Below are positions 1-11,076 of a stretch of DNA of 57,418 nt, one piece after another; position 1 is the first letter of the stretch, and each line of letters starts with the position of its first letter. Both the position numbers and the translations under genes were made by a program. The notes below the pieces were generated by a model. That model saw only the letters and a program-made list of their open reading frames with translations. It did no database searches and was not told the origin of the DNA. Source of the stretch: Chrysochromulina tobinii (taxonomy: Eukaryota); contig JWZX01002380.1 of the NCBI GenBank assembly GCA_001275005.1, positions 1 through 57,418 of the forward strand, in the 5' to 3' direction.

Positions 1-272
1 GAGGGTGGTGGCGGATGGGGCGGTGGCGGTGATGGCGGTGGCAACGGTGGCAACGGTGGCGCAGATGGCGGCGGTGGCGAAGGCGGCGGAAGCGTGGGCG
101 GTGGTGGTAAGAGTGGTGACGGCGGCGGTATTCTGGGTGGAGGCGAGACAGCCGCGCACCTCAGCAGCAGCAGCAATCGTAGCACGCCCAACGGACCCGA
201 ACGGCCCAATGACGGCCAGAGGCCGGTGGACCTTCGGCCGCCTGGCACCTTGACGAGTACCCTGGGTAGCAT
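1..272 (-). CDS. 5' part of a proline-rich (PPPSPPP-type) protein, probably secreted or surface; runs off the window
   Basis: ATG at 272-270 reads MLPRVLVK...GVLRLLLLLRCAAVSPPPRIPPPSPLLPPPP...; a hydrophobic stretch precedes poly-Pro, and the frame is open to position 1. Confidence 0.65.
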   Translation of the reverse strand, partial: MLPRVLVKVPGGRRSTGLWPSLGRSGPLGVLRLLLLLRCAAVSPPPRIPPPSPLLPPPPTLPPPSPPPPSAPPLPPLPPPSPPPPHPPPP

Positions 273-461
273 TGCAGCAGCCTTCACACCGAAGCCTCTG
301 TGAATGGAGCGGGCGGAAAACAGTTTGTGTGAAATTCACACCGGCGGCGTGTGCACCTTGAGGTGAGGCCATGTCGTCGCTTGTAATTCACCTCATCGTC
401 AAAGCCATTTGCTCGCTCGCTTTTTCTCGCGCGCTCGCTCGCTTCTCGCCGCGCGCCGCTT

Positions 462-2395
462 ATGGCGAAGCTCTACCACCAAACCGACGCTGAGACGGCC
501 GAAATCATCCTTCGCACGCAGCAGATGAAGCCAGGAATTGGTGGGCTCGCTGGGGGTGGCATCTACTTTGCCACGACTCCAGAGCTCACGGGCCACAAGG
601 CGCACAAGAACGGCGTGATCCTGGAGGCGACGGTTTCCCTCGGTAAGGTCCTTACCCTTGATGCCACCGGGGACCCTGACATGACGCTGCAGAAGCTCAA
701 GTCCATGGGCTTTGATTCCGTCTGCATCGCCCGGGCGGTTTCGAGCGGCCAGGAGTACGTCGTGTACGACCCGGAGCAGGTGCTGAGCATCGTCCGCGCG
801 ATGGACAGCCCGATTTCGAGGCTCGTCGACTCTGCACGCGACGAGGTCGGGAGCCTGTTCTGTGTCAAGCCCAAGCGCGTCGTGGAGAGCGAGGGTGTGC
901 CGGGGAACCCGTCTGCCTCCGAGCCCTCGCCGCAGCCCCCGGCGAGCCCGGCCAAGCCCAAGCCGCAGCCCACGCCGCAGCCACCACCAAAGGCGCCCGC
1001 GATGGCGGCACGGGAACCGCAGCCGCCACCGTCGCAGCCGCCGGTCGCACCCTTGGCCACGAAGCGCAGATTGTGGTGGGGATCAAGGCTGACTGCCCCT
1101 CTCATCAGGTGGAGAAAGGAGAAGGCCCTGAAGGATGCGCTGGCCTCGGGCCGGACGCTGAAGCAGCTGCGAGCCAGGGTTTCGTTGAGGGGCTCAAGGC
1201 GGTGGGGATTATATGCGCCGAGGCCAAGGCCGCGGGCTATACTTTAGAAGAGGTCAAGCGAGCTGGCTATACGGCACGCGAGGCCAAGGCCGCCGGGTTC
1301 GAGATCAAGGCGGGCGGCTACACGTGCGCCGAGATCAAGGCGGCGGGGCTCACATGCGCCGAGGCCAAGAGCGCAGGCTATGGGGTGGAGGAGGTCCAGC
1401 GAGGTGGCTATACGGCACGTGAGGCCAAGGACGTCGGGTACGAGATCAGGGCGGGCTACACGTGCGCCGAGGTCAAGGCGGCGGGGCTCACATGCGCCGA
1501 GGCCAAGAGCGCTGGCTATACTTTGGAGGAGGTCAAGCGAGCTAACTATGTCGAGGGCCTCAAGGAGGCAGGCTTTCAGCTGGAGGACGTCATGGAGGCG
1601 GGGTACGCGTTACCTGAGATCCTGCGCGGCGGCTTTACCAAGGCGGACGCTGTCCATGCTGGGTACGCGGTGGCGCAGCTCCAGGTCGCGCTGAAGGCGG
1701 CCAGGGCGGCGGGCTATGCATGCAAGGACGCGAGGGCGGCTGGCATGCTTTCGACCTGCAAGGACGCGAAGGAGGCTGGGTTCACCTGCAAGGACGCGAA
1801 GGAGGCTCGGTTCACCTGCAAGGACGCGAGGGAGGCTGGTATGCTGTCAACCTGCAAGGACGCGAAGGAGGCTGGGTTCACCTGCAAGGACGCGAAGGAG
1901 GCTGGGTTCACCTGCAAGGACGCGAGGGCGGCTGGCATGCTTTCGACCTGCAAGGACGCGAAGGAGGCTGGGTTCACCTGCAAGGACGCGAGGGAGGCTG
2001 GGTTCACCTGCAAGGACGCGAGGGAGGCTGGTATGCTGTCAACCTGCAAGGACGCGAAGGAGGCTGGGTTCACCTGCAAGGACGCGAGGGCGGCTGGCAT
2101 GCTTTCGACCTGCAAGGACGCGAAGGAGGCTGGGTTCACCTGCAAGGGCGCGAAGGAGGCTGGGTTCACCTGCAAGGACGCGAGGGAGGCTGGTATGCTG
2201 TCAACTTTCAAGGACGTGAAGGAGGCTGGGTTCACCTGCAAGGACGCGAGGGAGGCTGGGTTCATGCCGAGGGAGTGCGCGCAGGCCGGCTTCACCTACG
2301 AAGAGGGCAGGGCGGCTGGTTTTCCTTCGCGTCCCCCTTCCAGTATTACTTATGGCGCTTATTATGACTGGGTGGGTTATTTTTTTGTTTTGTAA
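462..2395 (+). CDS. PARP/Gig2-like (H-Y-E) ADP-ribosyltransferase domain, Pro linker and decapeptide (TCKDAKEAGF-type) repeat region; two frames joined by an intron or a frameshift
   Basis: ORF 462 has LYHQT...GGIYFA...QEYVVY, the H-Y-E ART triad. ORF 1073-2395 carries about 35 xCxxAKxAGF/Y units. The join is unresolved: either an intron ending at 1108 (CTGACTGCCCCTCTCATCAG; in-phase GT at 1044 or 846) or a 1-nt shift near 1175. Confidence 0.65.
1715..2320 (+). repeat. Coding tandem repeat with 30/36-nt units (ACCTGCAAGGACGCGA(A/G)GGAGGCTGGGTTC)
   Basis: Near-identical units are directly visible. Confidence 0.95.
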
Positions 2396-3629
2396 GTCCC
2401 CCTCCTAGAATTCGTACCCAGGTTGCCCCTTGCCACCGCGCCCCCCTCCGCCTGGCGAGCATCGCCGCGGCGGCCACACCGTGCCGCCGCGCGTGCGGCC
2501 CGCCCATTTCAAGTACTTCCCCTTAACCACTCTTCCCTCTCCCCCGTATGCGCAGGTAATTTTGACTGGGTTGCGAATCATCTTTAAAAAGCTTGGTTGA
2601 TAAACGTAGTGCCGCCCACACCATGCCGCGACGACCCCAGATAGCAGCCACCATACCAAGGGCGCGCCGGCCACCTACACCAGCCGACGTGGAGCCGCCT
2701 TCCAGCCGAGATGCAGGGAGGGGAGATGGGAGTGATTGCCGCAGATGTGCACAGGGGTTCCTCGTGCTGTAAGCCCTCCGAGAATCGAACTCAGATAGAC
2801 CCTCGCCGCGCGCGCGCCCACATCGCCCTCCCGCGCGCCCCCCCCATCCTCCGCCCGGCGAGGCGGCCGCGTCGTGCCGCCACGCCGTGCGGCCCACGCC
2901 CTGCGTGCGGCCCGGCGCCGGCGTGGCGAGCCCGCGCTGCCGCGACTCTCACGCCCGCTCGTGCGCGTGGCGTCCTCGCGTGTGGCGGCGCAGGTCCGGT
3001 CTGAGTGTGGGAAGGGAAGGAGTTGCGCGGATGGCGCCATGCCATGGGCCCCCCCCGGGAGTCTTTACCTGCATCTGTGCCGTGTGGAGCAAGGGTGGCA
3101 GCCGCCGCGCTCAGGCGGCCGCCGACGCTGGCCCAGATGGTGCAGGTGACGACGGCTGACGACAGCATATAAGAGTATAATATGAGAGCGATGAGCCATC
3201 AGCCAATACGATAACATGACAGAGCGATTGAGCCAATAACATGAAAGAGCATCGCATCGTCGGGACCGACGAAGAATGCTTGGAGTGCCGGGTCACCCGA
3301 GATAGACCGTATACCTGTACTTCTGCGCTGTGGGTATCTCTGTCGTCTGTGTGCCCGTCGTCACTTCGCTAGTTCGCTGTCTGTGTGCGGGGTCCGGAAA
3401 TAGCGAAAACAAAACGGCCTTGGCGTCACAGGTCGGGACTATTTTTCCGCGATCATTGTCAATCTTATCTCTCAACACTCAACTGAACGGGTACTAGGGC
3501 CGTAACCCCGTATTCTAACCACACCCGTCGAAGCCATGATTAGCGGTGCGCGGAGTGGCGCCCATTCCAGAGGCAACGCCGCTCACGACGAAGGACAGCA
3601 CCCGCCCGCCGTCTGCCGACTTCTCTTCT

Positions 3630-3775
3630 CAGCTCACTTCCAGCGCTCCGATGCCGGCTGAGTGCACCTCTGACTGTGCCTGATTGCAGCTCACTTCCAG
3701 CGCTCCGATGCCGGCTGAGTGCACCTCTGATTGCGCCTGATTGCAGCTCACTTCCAGCGCTCCGATGCCGCCTGA
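3630..3775. repeat. 57-bp tandem repeat (about 2.5 copies) duplicating the stop-codon region of the minus-strand ART-like gene, with GCAATCAG/GCACTCAG filler
   Basis: CAGCTCACTTCCAGCGCTCCGATGCCG starts at 3630, 3687 and 3744; the third copy contains the real stop (ASERWK*). Confidence 0.9.
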
Positions 3776-6700
3776 GTGGCGGCCGCCTGGCCGCGCTGGA
3801 TCAGATACTCCTTGAGCAGAGAGGAGTTGGCCGGGGTGCTGGGTAGCGGCGGGGCGCCCCCCTCCCGCGCCTCCCTCGATCTGGAGAGCTCCGTGGGGGC
3901 GCCGAGCTGGGCGCCGCCCTGGATCACGAGGGTGTGTGCATCGGGCGGGGGCCCAAAGGACGGGTGCGTCGCAGGCTGTCCACTCAGCTCGGCGGCCTTT
4001 CGGAACGGGTTGCCCCTGTGCACCCGCCCAGTGAACGCATGCCCTCCGGTGCCATTCGTGCCATTCGTGCCCGAGCGCGCCCCACCCGTCCCACCCGCCA
4101 CACCCGCCGCACCCGCCGTACTCGGACGGACGCGAGCTGGAGCCGTGCTGGGCGCCGAGCGGCTCAGGGGACGGCTCAGAGGTTCGACACTCAGCAGCTC
4201 GCCGAGATTGGCATCGAGATTCGTGTCGAGATTCTCGTCGCTCAGCAGCATGCCGCCGACGCCGCCGGCCGCGGTCGGTGCGCCAACCGGCGTGCAACCA
4301 CGCGCCGTCGTGAGCGCATACGAGCCCGCGGTCGAGCGTTGTCTTGGGCGCGGCAACGGCTCGTCGGGATGGTGGCGGCGGCGTGGGGCCGTCGCGGCCG
4401 TCGCCCAACATGGCGCGGGTACCTCGGCCGGCGGCGGCTCTGGAGGCGGGTAGAGGGCTTGCTGCGAATACGCTTGCTGCTTGTACGCTTGCTGCGCGTA
4501 ATACGTCTGCACGGCTGGCGAGGAGAGCGCCTGCTGCGAGTCAGGGTACATCAGGTGCTGTCCGTGGTACATCGGGTGCAGTCCGGGGTGCGTTGGCTGC
4601 GGCGGTGAGCAGCCGGCGTACCCCTGCGCGTCGCCCAACACAGCGCGCGCGTGCGCCTCAGCCTCTGGCGACGTGTGCTCGTCGGTCCAGTGAGGCTGCG
4701 CTGTGTTGGGCGCGTGGCTGAGCGAGGGCATGGGCGAAGGCGTGGGCAGCGCTGTGTTGGGCAACGGCTGCGCTCCGGCGACGCCGAGCTCATCGGCAGA
4801 TGGCATCTCCCGCGATCTCGCGTGCTCCAACGGCCGATCGTACCGCGGTCGAGCGCCGTCCCGAGCGCCGTCCCTGCCGAGCGAGGCGCCGTACCGAGCA
4901 CCACCCCCGCCCACGACGGTCGAGCGCTCCGGCTCGGCAGGGTCGGCGCTCGTTACGGCGCCCACGCTCGGTACGGCGCTCAGCCCGCCGATGCGTAGGC
5001 AGGCGCACGCGTGCCTCGCCGCCTCGACGGCCTCATGCAGGGCCTCGTTCTCGCTCTGCAGCCGCTCGAGCCGCTTCTCATCCTCCTCGGCCAGCCGACC
5101 GCTCCCCTCCGCATCGGCCGGGTGGACGCCGTCCCGAGCATCAGCGCCGTCCCGAGCACCAGCGCCGTCCCGAGCGTGTAGCACGATCGCTGCGCCGGCG
5201 CTGACCGACTCGCTGTGCACGAGCGTCCTCTCAGACAAGGCCATCGCCTCCTCCGCCGTCGCCATGGCCTTCGACGCCGTCGCCATCGCGTCGCCGGCGC
5301 CCGCCTCCCCCTGTGGAAACGGCGCCTCCCCCTGTGGAAACGGCCACGGACGCACTGCGTCAGCCTCCGCGGCGGCAGCGAGCCCGGCCCGCACCGCCGC
5401 GGCCGCCTCCATTTTGGCACGCACGCTCGAGCCCGCGCTGTGAAGCATCTTGTTCACACGCTCCATGGCCTGGGCCTTGGTCCGGTGCCTGAGGAGCTCG
5501 CCTGTCTGCGACGAGAGCTTGTCGCGTCAGATGCAATCCAGTGGCAATCAGATGTAATCAAGGGGCCATCAGTGGCCCTCACCTGCTTCGATAGCTTGTC
5601 GCGCAGCTCGTTGCGCTCGCGCTCGAGGGCAGCGTTCTTAGCCGCCAAGGCCGCGAGGCCATCGCTCAGCCCTCGCATCTCGCCCATCGCGAGATCGCGC
5701 CGGCGCTCGTATGCGGCGGCCTCGCGCCGCCACGGGCGCCCCGCCTCCTTGGCCCAGCTGGTGCTCACGCCGAGCACAATCACGAGCACCTGCTTCATCC
5801 GATGCAATCCAGTGGCAATCAGATTTAATCCAGTGGCAATCCGATGCAATCAAGTGGCCGAGCACAATCACGAGCACCTGCTTCAAGAGCGTTCATCAGA
5901 TGCAATCCAGTGGCAATCAGATGCAATCATGTGGCCATCAGATGCAATCAAGTGGACGAGCACCTCGCCAGCGTCCATCGCGGGGAAGCTGCTGCCACCG
6001 CCGGCGCCGTCCTGGGCGCTCTCGACGCTGGTCAGGTAGGTGCGCCTGAGGTCGAGCGCGCACACGGGTGGGAAGACCGCATCGGCGCGGCTCTCGTACT
6101 GCGACAACCACGAGATGTCGGCCGCCCGGTCGACGGCGCTTTGCTCGAGCTGCAGCACGGTCTGCGCGCCCGCGACGACGCTCGCAAAGCTCATCGCATG
6201 CTGCCGACTGCTGGTGCAGGCAAGCACGCCCCACTCGACGCCCGCGACGGCGCCCGCCAACGCGGCACCTCCGCTGCCGCTGCTCGTCAACGGGGCGGCG
6301 GTGGCGCCGCCGCTCACCGGCAAGGGCGTCGTGCCGGGCGTGACGAGGGGATGGGACGGTGCCGCGCTGTGTTGGGCGGCGCCTGGCGTCGGCAGGCCAG
6401 CGGCAGGCGGCGCGCGGTACAAGGGTGTCGAGGCCTCCGCGATGCGCCCGAGTTTGCCCAGGCACGCCGCGAGCGTGTGCAGCGTCGCCGGGTACGCGTT
6501 CGCGCGGTTGGTGACCTCAAACGCGCGCGCGAGCTCAGCGGCCGCGCGGCCGAAGCGCGCGGCCGCATACTCGCCCAAGACGGCGCGTCGCTCGTCGGCG
6601 GGCAGCTTGGCGAGGCGCGCCGTGCCGAGCGCGCGCAGCGCCACGTTGTACTTGGCCTGCAGATGCAATCAGATGCAGTCAGGTGCAGTCAGATGCAGTC

Positions 6701-8865
6701 AGATGCAATCAGATGCAATCAGCTGCAGTCAGATGCAGTCAGCTGCACTCAGAGGCACTCAGAGGCACTCAGATGCACTCAGAGGCACTCAGCTGCATTC
6801 AGATGCAATCATCTGCACTCAGCTGCACTCAGCTGCACTCAGACGCAAAAAGCTGCACTCAGAGGCAATCAGCTGCACTCAGTGGCACCTCGCCGCACGG
6901 TCCTGTGAAGAGGCGCGCCGCTGTGAACTCTGCGTCGCTCAGGTTGGACTCGCCGAGTTTTCGTAACCGCACGCCCACGCGCTTGCGCCCCGCGACGAAG
7001 CGCTCAGCACGGCGCGCGAGCGGTTCGCGCGGGAGCCACGCGCCCTTGGGGGCGTGCCCCGTCGCCTGATGAGGGAGGTCATCAGTGGTCATCAGAGGTC
7101 ATCAGGGGTCATCATCATCATTGGGGGCGTGCCCCGTCGCCTGATCGATGGTGGCGGTGGTCATCAGTGGTCATCAGTGGTCATCAGTGGTCATCAGTGG
7201 TCATCAGTGGTCATCAGTGGCCATCAGTGGTCATCAGTGGTCATCAGTGGCCATCAGTGGTCCTCAGTGGTCATCAGTGGTCATCAGTGGTCATCAGTGG
7301 CCACACGCCTGATCAATGGTGGCGATGGGTCGGTACGTCTCCGTCGGCCAAGCTCCCGGCATCAGGCCCAGGCGCTCGCGCGCCGTGTCGAGCGCCTCGC
7401 GGTCCGCCTCCGTCGCGCCTCCGTCGATGCCCCCCTCCATGGTCGGGTCCACCACGAACCACCACTCCACACACGAGGTCGTGTGCACGCCATACGTGCC
7501 CGCGAACACGAGATGCGCATCTGGCCCGCTCGTGTGTTCATGCCGCATCGCCTCGAGGGTCAATACGCCTTCCTCGAGGCCTCCTACGAGCCCGTGGAGC
7601 CCGCTGAAAAAGTCCGACGGCCCACCGAGCACTGAGGCACGCCCGAGGCGCTCGAAGCTCTCCGCCTCAAACTCGCGCGCTGGAACGAAGCGCTTGCGGG
7701 GGCGCGCGCGCGTCAGATGGGACTGTGGAGGCGCCGTGCCGGGCTCGGCCGTTGAGCCGCTGACCTCTTCGGCCACAGACTGCTGTGAAGGCTGCTGTGA
7801 AGGCTGGTGTGAAGGCTGCTGTGAAGACGGCTCCGAGATCGGCTCCGTGGGCTCCTCAGCCGACGAGGCCTCGGCCGCCCCGGCGCCCGGCACGGCGCCC
7901 GGCACGGCGCCCGGCACGGCGCCCGGCACGGCGCGTTGGCGCGCCGCTCGTTCCGCCAGAGCGTGTGCGCGCGCCTCGGCCTGCCCATGCAGCAGCTGGG
8001 CGCGTGCCACCACGCGCTGCGCCACCAGCCCGAGCAGGTCGTCGCCTGCGCCTCCCTCGGTGAGCATGCTCTTGACGAGCGCGCGCGCCGTGCTGAGCGC
8101 CCCCTCGTGCGCGAGCGCGCCGCCGCCGCTTGCGAGCGCGCCGCCGCCGCTTGCGAGCGCGCCGCTGCCGCTTGCGAGCGCGCCGAGTTCTCTCACGAAC
8201 TCCCTCTCGAGCGCACACAGCTGCGCCTCGGCCTTGGCAGGCGCCGGATCGAGCGCGAGGCGCTTCGAGCTGCGCTGGAGATACCGGCGCACGCTCAGCC
8301 GATCGCGAAGCAGCGCGGTGAGCTCGAGGCCCTCCAGCCAAGCACCGAGCTGCCACCGCGCCGGCGAAGCGGCGGCGACCTCGAGCGCAGTCTCGCCAAC
8401 GTAGTCCGACACGGCTCGGAGCTCCGCCTCGGCCGCGGCCGTCGCCCGGCTGACGGCGGCGGTCAGAGACGCCTCCAGTGCCTCCGAGCGCGCTCCGCGG
8501 CCGAGCTCGGCGCGCAGCCGCGCCACCTCTGCGTCGCGCTCGCGCAGCTTCTCCTCGCTCGCGTGCAGCCTGTCCTTGGTCTCGCGCATCTGCCTAGAGA
8601 GCAGCGACTTATCGGAGCGCGCCAGAATCTCCGACAGCTGCTCCTCTTCGACTTCCGGCCTCTTTGGCTTGGCAGCGGGCGCGGCCTGCTGCGGCGCCGC
8701 CTGCGCCGAGCGCAGCTTGATGCGAAGCGACGCATTCTCCGCCTTTATGCTAAGCATCTCCGACAGAGATGTCTTGAGGCTGCTATTCTCCTCGACGAGT
8801 CGCTGGTAAGCCATGTGCAGGCGCTGCAGCTCGTTGACCAGCTCGGTGGCAGTGTCGAGTGACAT
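3748..8865 (-). CDS. About 1463-aa protein: N-terminal coiled coil, degenerate ARTC-type (R-S-E) mono-ADP-ribosyltransferase-like domain, coiled coil and disordered C-terminus
   Basis: Exons 8865-7309, 7065-6889, 6656-5964, 5789-5583, 5505-3748 (all phase 0, frame closes). Motifs FFSGLHGLVG..EAMRHEH..YGVHTTSCVEWWFV, RLFTGP..KYNVALR..NAYPATLH..LYRA..GVEWGVLACTS..DRAADISWLSQY match algal ART-family proteins as I recall them. Confidence 0.75.
5506..5582 (-). other. 77-nt GT-AG intron with CTGATTGC array; acceptor supplied by a copy of the upstream exon end
   Basis: The exon ends GCGACAAGCTATCGAAGCAG|GT and the intron ends GCGACAAGCTCTCGTCGCAG|ACA. Confidence 0.8.
5790..5963 (-). other. 174-nt GT-AG array intron with a 10-nt flanking duplication (AGGTGCTCGT) and an internal copy of acceptor plus exon start
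   Basis: GAG|GTGCTCGT ... CAG|GTGCTCGT; internal copy at about 5857-5886. Confidence 0.8.
6657..6888 (-). other. 232-nt GT-AG intron made almost entirely of 10-mers (CTGAGTGCAG/CTGATTGCAT/CTGACTGCAT)
   Basis: Splicing joins FTGPCGE|AKYNVALR in frame. Confidence 0.85.
7066..7308 (-). other. 243-nt GC-AG array intron containing a copy of its own spliced junction
   Basis: (ACTGATGACC)n arrays flank CGCCACCATCGATCAG-GCGACGGGGCACGCCCCCAA at 7121-7156. Confidence 0.8.
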
Positions 8866-9046
8866 GACGGTTGCGGCCGTTCGTTACATGAAAATTCGGT
8901 CCTCGTATGAGGGGTTACCTGGAGCAGACATCCGTGCTTCAGAAATGTTAGTTCTGACGGGGTCATCAAGTTTCGTTCCGTGCCCGCGCAGGGGCGTCGC
9001 GTTGCGAGACGAGTGCTTGCTTGCGTGAAGCTCCTCTCGGATCCGG

Positions 9047-10180
9047 ATGAGCCGGACTCTGGAGGCTCAGGCAGAGCACGCGCCCCGTGCAAGGTGGCCG
9101 ACCCCCCCAAGTGGAGAGTACGTTCATGATGTGGCATACGACTACTACGGCCAGCGGGTGGCGACGTGTTCTTCCGATAACACGATAAAGATCTTCAACG
9201 AGCACGGTCGCAAGGTTGCCGAGTGGAGAGCGCATGGTGGCTCCATCTGGCGACTCTCGTGGATGCATCCCGAGTTCGGGGTGGCGCTGGCCTCCTGCTC
9301 CTTTGACCGCAAGGTGTGCGTCTGGGAGGACGTGGCCGATGCCGAAGAGGCAGCTGCGCAGCTCGACAGTGCAGCCGGCCGCGTGGCGTGGACACGCACC
9401 GCCGAGCTCGCCGATGCGCGCGACTCGGTGGTGGATGTGCAGTTTGCGCCACACCACCTTGGCGTGCGCCTCGCCTCTTGCAGCATGGACGGATTTGTGC
9501 GCATCCACGAGGCGGCCGACGTGCTCGACTTGTCCACGTGGGAACGGCACTCGGACTTCCATGCGGCGGCCGACACAGCCGCCTCCAAGGAGGGCGCGGG
9601 CGGCGCCGAGGCTGGAGGCGAGGGCGGCTACGCAGGCACCAGTCCTCTTTGCCTGTCTTGGTGCCCTTCGATCGTTGAGAACGAGCCGATGCTCGTGGTC
9701 GGCCTCTCCGACGGCTCTGCAAGGCTCTGGCGAGGCCACGAGAGCAGCTGGTCCTGCGTGCTCAGCCTGGGCCTCGGCGGCGCCCGCTGCCACGCCGACT
9801 GCGTGCGCTCGGTGAGCTGGGCCATGGATGCGGGCCGCTCGTACCAGCTCGTCGCCACAGCGTCGCGCGACCAGACGGTAAAGCTGTGGGCTTTGCGACG
9901 CACATCGGTGGCCGAGGAAGACGATGCCGCGGGCGCTGGGCCCGAGGGCGGCGGAGGCGCTGGCGCCGGTGGCGCCGTTAACCCCCCTGCGGATGCCCTC
10001 GGCGACGGATGGAGCGCAAGGTGCTGCGCCGAGCTGCCGCATCGTTCGCAGGTCTGGCGTGTCTCTTGGAACGCAACCGGATCGATGCTCGCTACGTCGG
10101 AAGATGATGGCACTGTGACCGTCTACCAAATGGACGCAACCGGCGGTTGGCGCTTCGCCAGGCCTGTGGCCTGCCAGTGA
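9047..10180 (+). CDS. SEH1: Nucleoporin/GATOR2 WD40 protein SEH1
   Basis: HDVAYDYYGQRVATCSSD, WMHPEFG..LASCSFDR, DVQFAPHHLG, GRSYQLVATA, VWRVSWNATG; intronless. Confidence 0.9.
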   Translation: MSRTLEAQAEHAPRARWPTPPSGEYVHDVAYDYYGQRVATCSSDNTIKIFNEHGRKVAEWRAHGGSIWRLSWMHPEFGVALASCSFDRKVCVWEDVADAEEAAAQLDSAAGRVAWTRTAELADARDSVVDVQFAPHHLGVRLASCSMDGFVRIHEAADVLDLSTWERHSDFHAAADTAASKEGAGGAEAGGEGGYAGTSPLCLSWCPSIVENEPMLVVGLSDGSARLWRGHESSWSCVLSLGLGGARCHADCVRSVSWAMDAGRSYQLVATASRDQTVKLWALRRTSVAEEDDAAGAGPEGGGGAGAGGAVNPPADALGDGWSARCCAELPHRSQVWRVSWNATGSMLATSEDDGTVTVYQMDATGGWRFARPVACQ

Positions 10181-10266
10181 AGAGCCATTAGTGCCATCAG
10201 TGCCATCAGTGCCATCAGTGCCATCAGTGCCATTAGTGCCAGGCCTGTGGCCTGCCAGTGAAGAGC
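10157..10266. repeat. 29-bp direct duplication spanning the SEH1 stop, flanking a (GTGCCATCA)n 9-mer array
   Basis: GCCAGGCCTGTGGCCTGCCAGTGAAGAGC at 10157-10185 and 10238-10266. Confidence 0.95.
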
Positions 10267-11076
10267 GCTCATACGGAAGCCTCAGCGGAAGCGTGTGGGG
10301 CTCGGCCGGGCTCGACGGCCGGGCTCCCCCCCGCGCTCCCGCGTCCTGCTATTCTCCCGCTAGGATCCCGCCGGCTCCGCCCGCCCCCCCTCTCAGCTTG
10401 GCTCTGGCTGAGCCCAGCGGCTCGGCTCTCCGCGCTCCTTGCGCGACCTAGTGCTGTTCGATCACGGTCTCGACCCGACCCCTGGGCTCCTGATCTCGTG
10501 ATCTGAGATCTCCCCGAAGTCCGATCTCATCCGATCTCGTGGATCTCTGGATCTGGACGGGATGGGTCGCGGTGTTCGGGTGCGTGCGGTGCCCGGGTGC
10601 GTGGTAGCCCTACGGCGTCATACGATACGTAGAAGAAAGTGCGAACTTCGCCCGGCGGGACGCGTTCAAGAAACAGAAACAGCCGCCACCAACACCGAAC
10701 ACGACCTCGGAATCTTCGGAACGGTATACGGTTCAAAACACAAAAGTTCGGGTCGCGGGGCTCGCGATGACCCCATGAACGGTTGGCGTGAAGTCTGAAG
10801 AGCGATTCATATAATCAGTAAATCAACGTTGACGCGAAGGCGAACCCGCGCTAATATCGCAATCCGGTAAAGCGGGACTCGAGCCCAGCGGAGCCGACCC
10901 GGCGCGTTTACCTCACAACTGACAACGCCCACATTACACGCCAGTGACCTAATGTGGTTTGTGAAGTTCGATGTCTTTCCTTCGATCCGCACGGCGTCGC
11001 AGCAAAACCCGAAACCCCTGAGCGGTTTCGGGCATGCATGCCCTCACGCGGCGAGAGTCCTGCTCCGCTGGTGCGC

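Noticed and set aside
2400..3620. GC-rich intergenic stretch with many short ORFs; possible mobile-element remnant
   Set aside because: No recognisable protein motif, terminal repeats or RNA-gene structure was found.
10490..10556. Cluster of GATCT motifs
   Set aside because: It is a short low-complexity patch with no paired end or element boundary.
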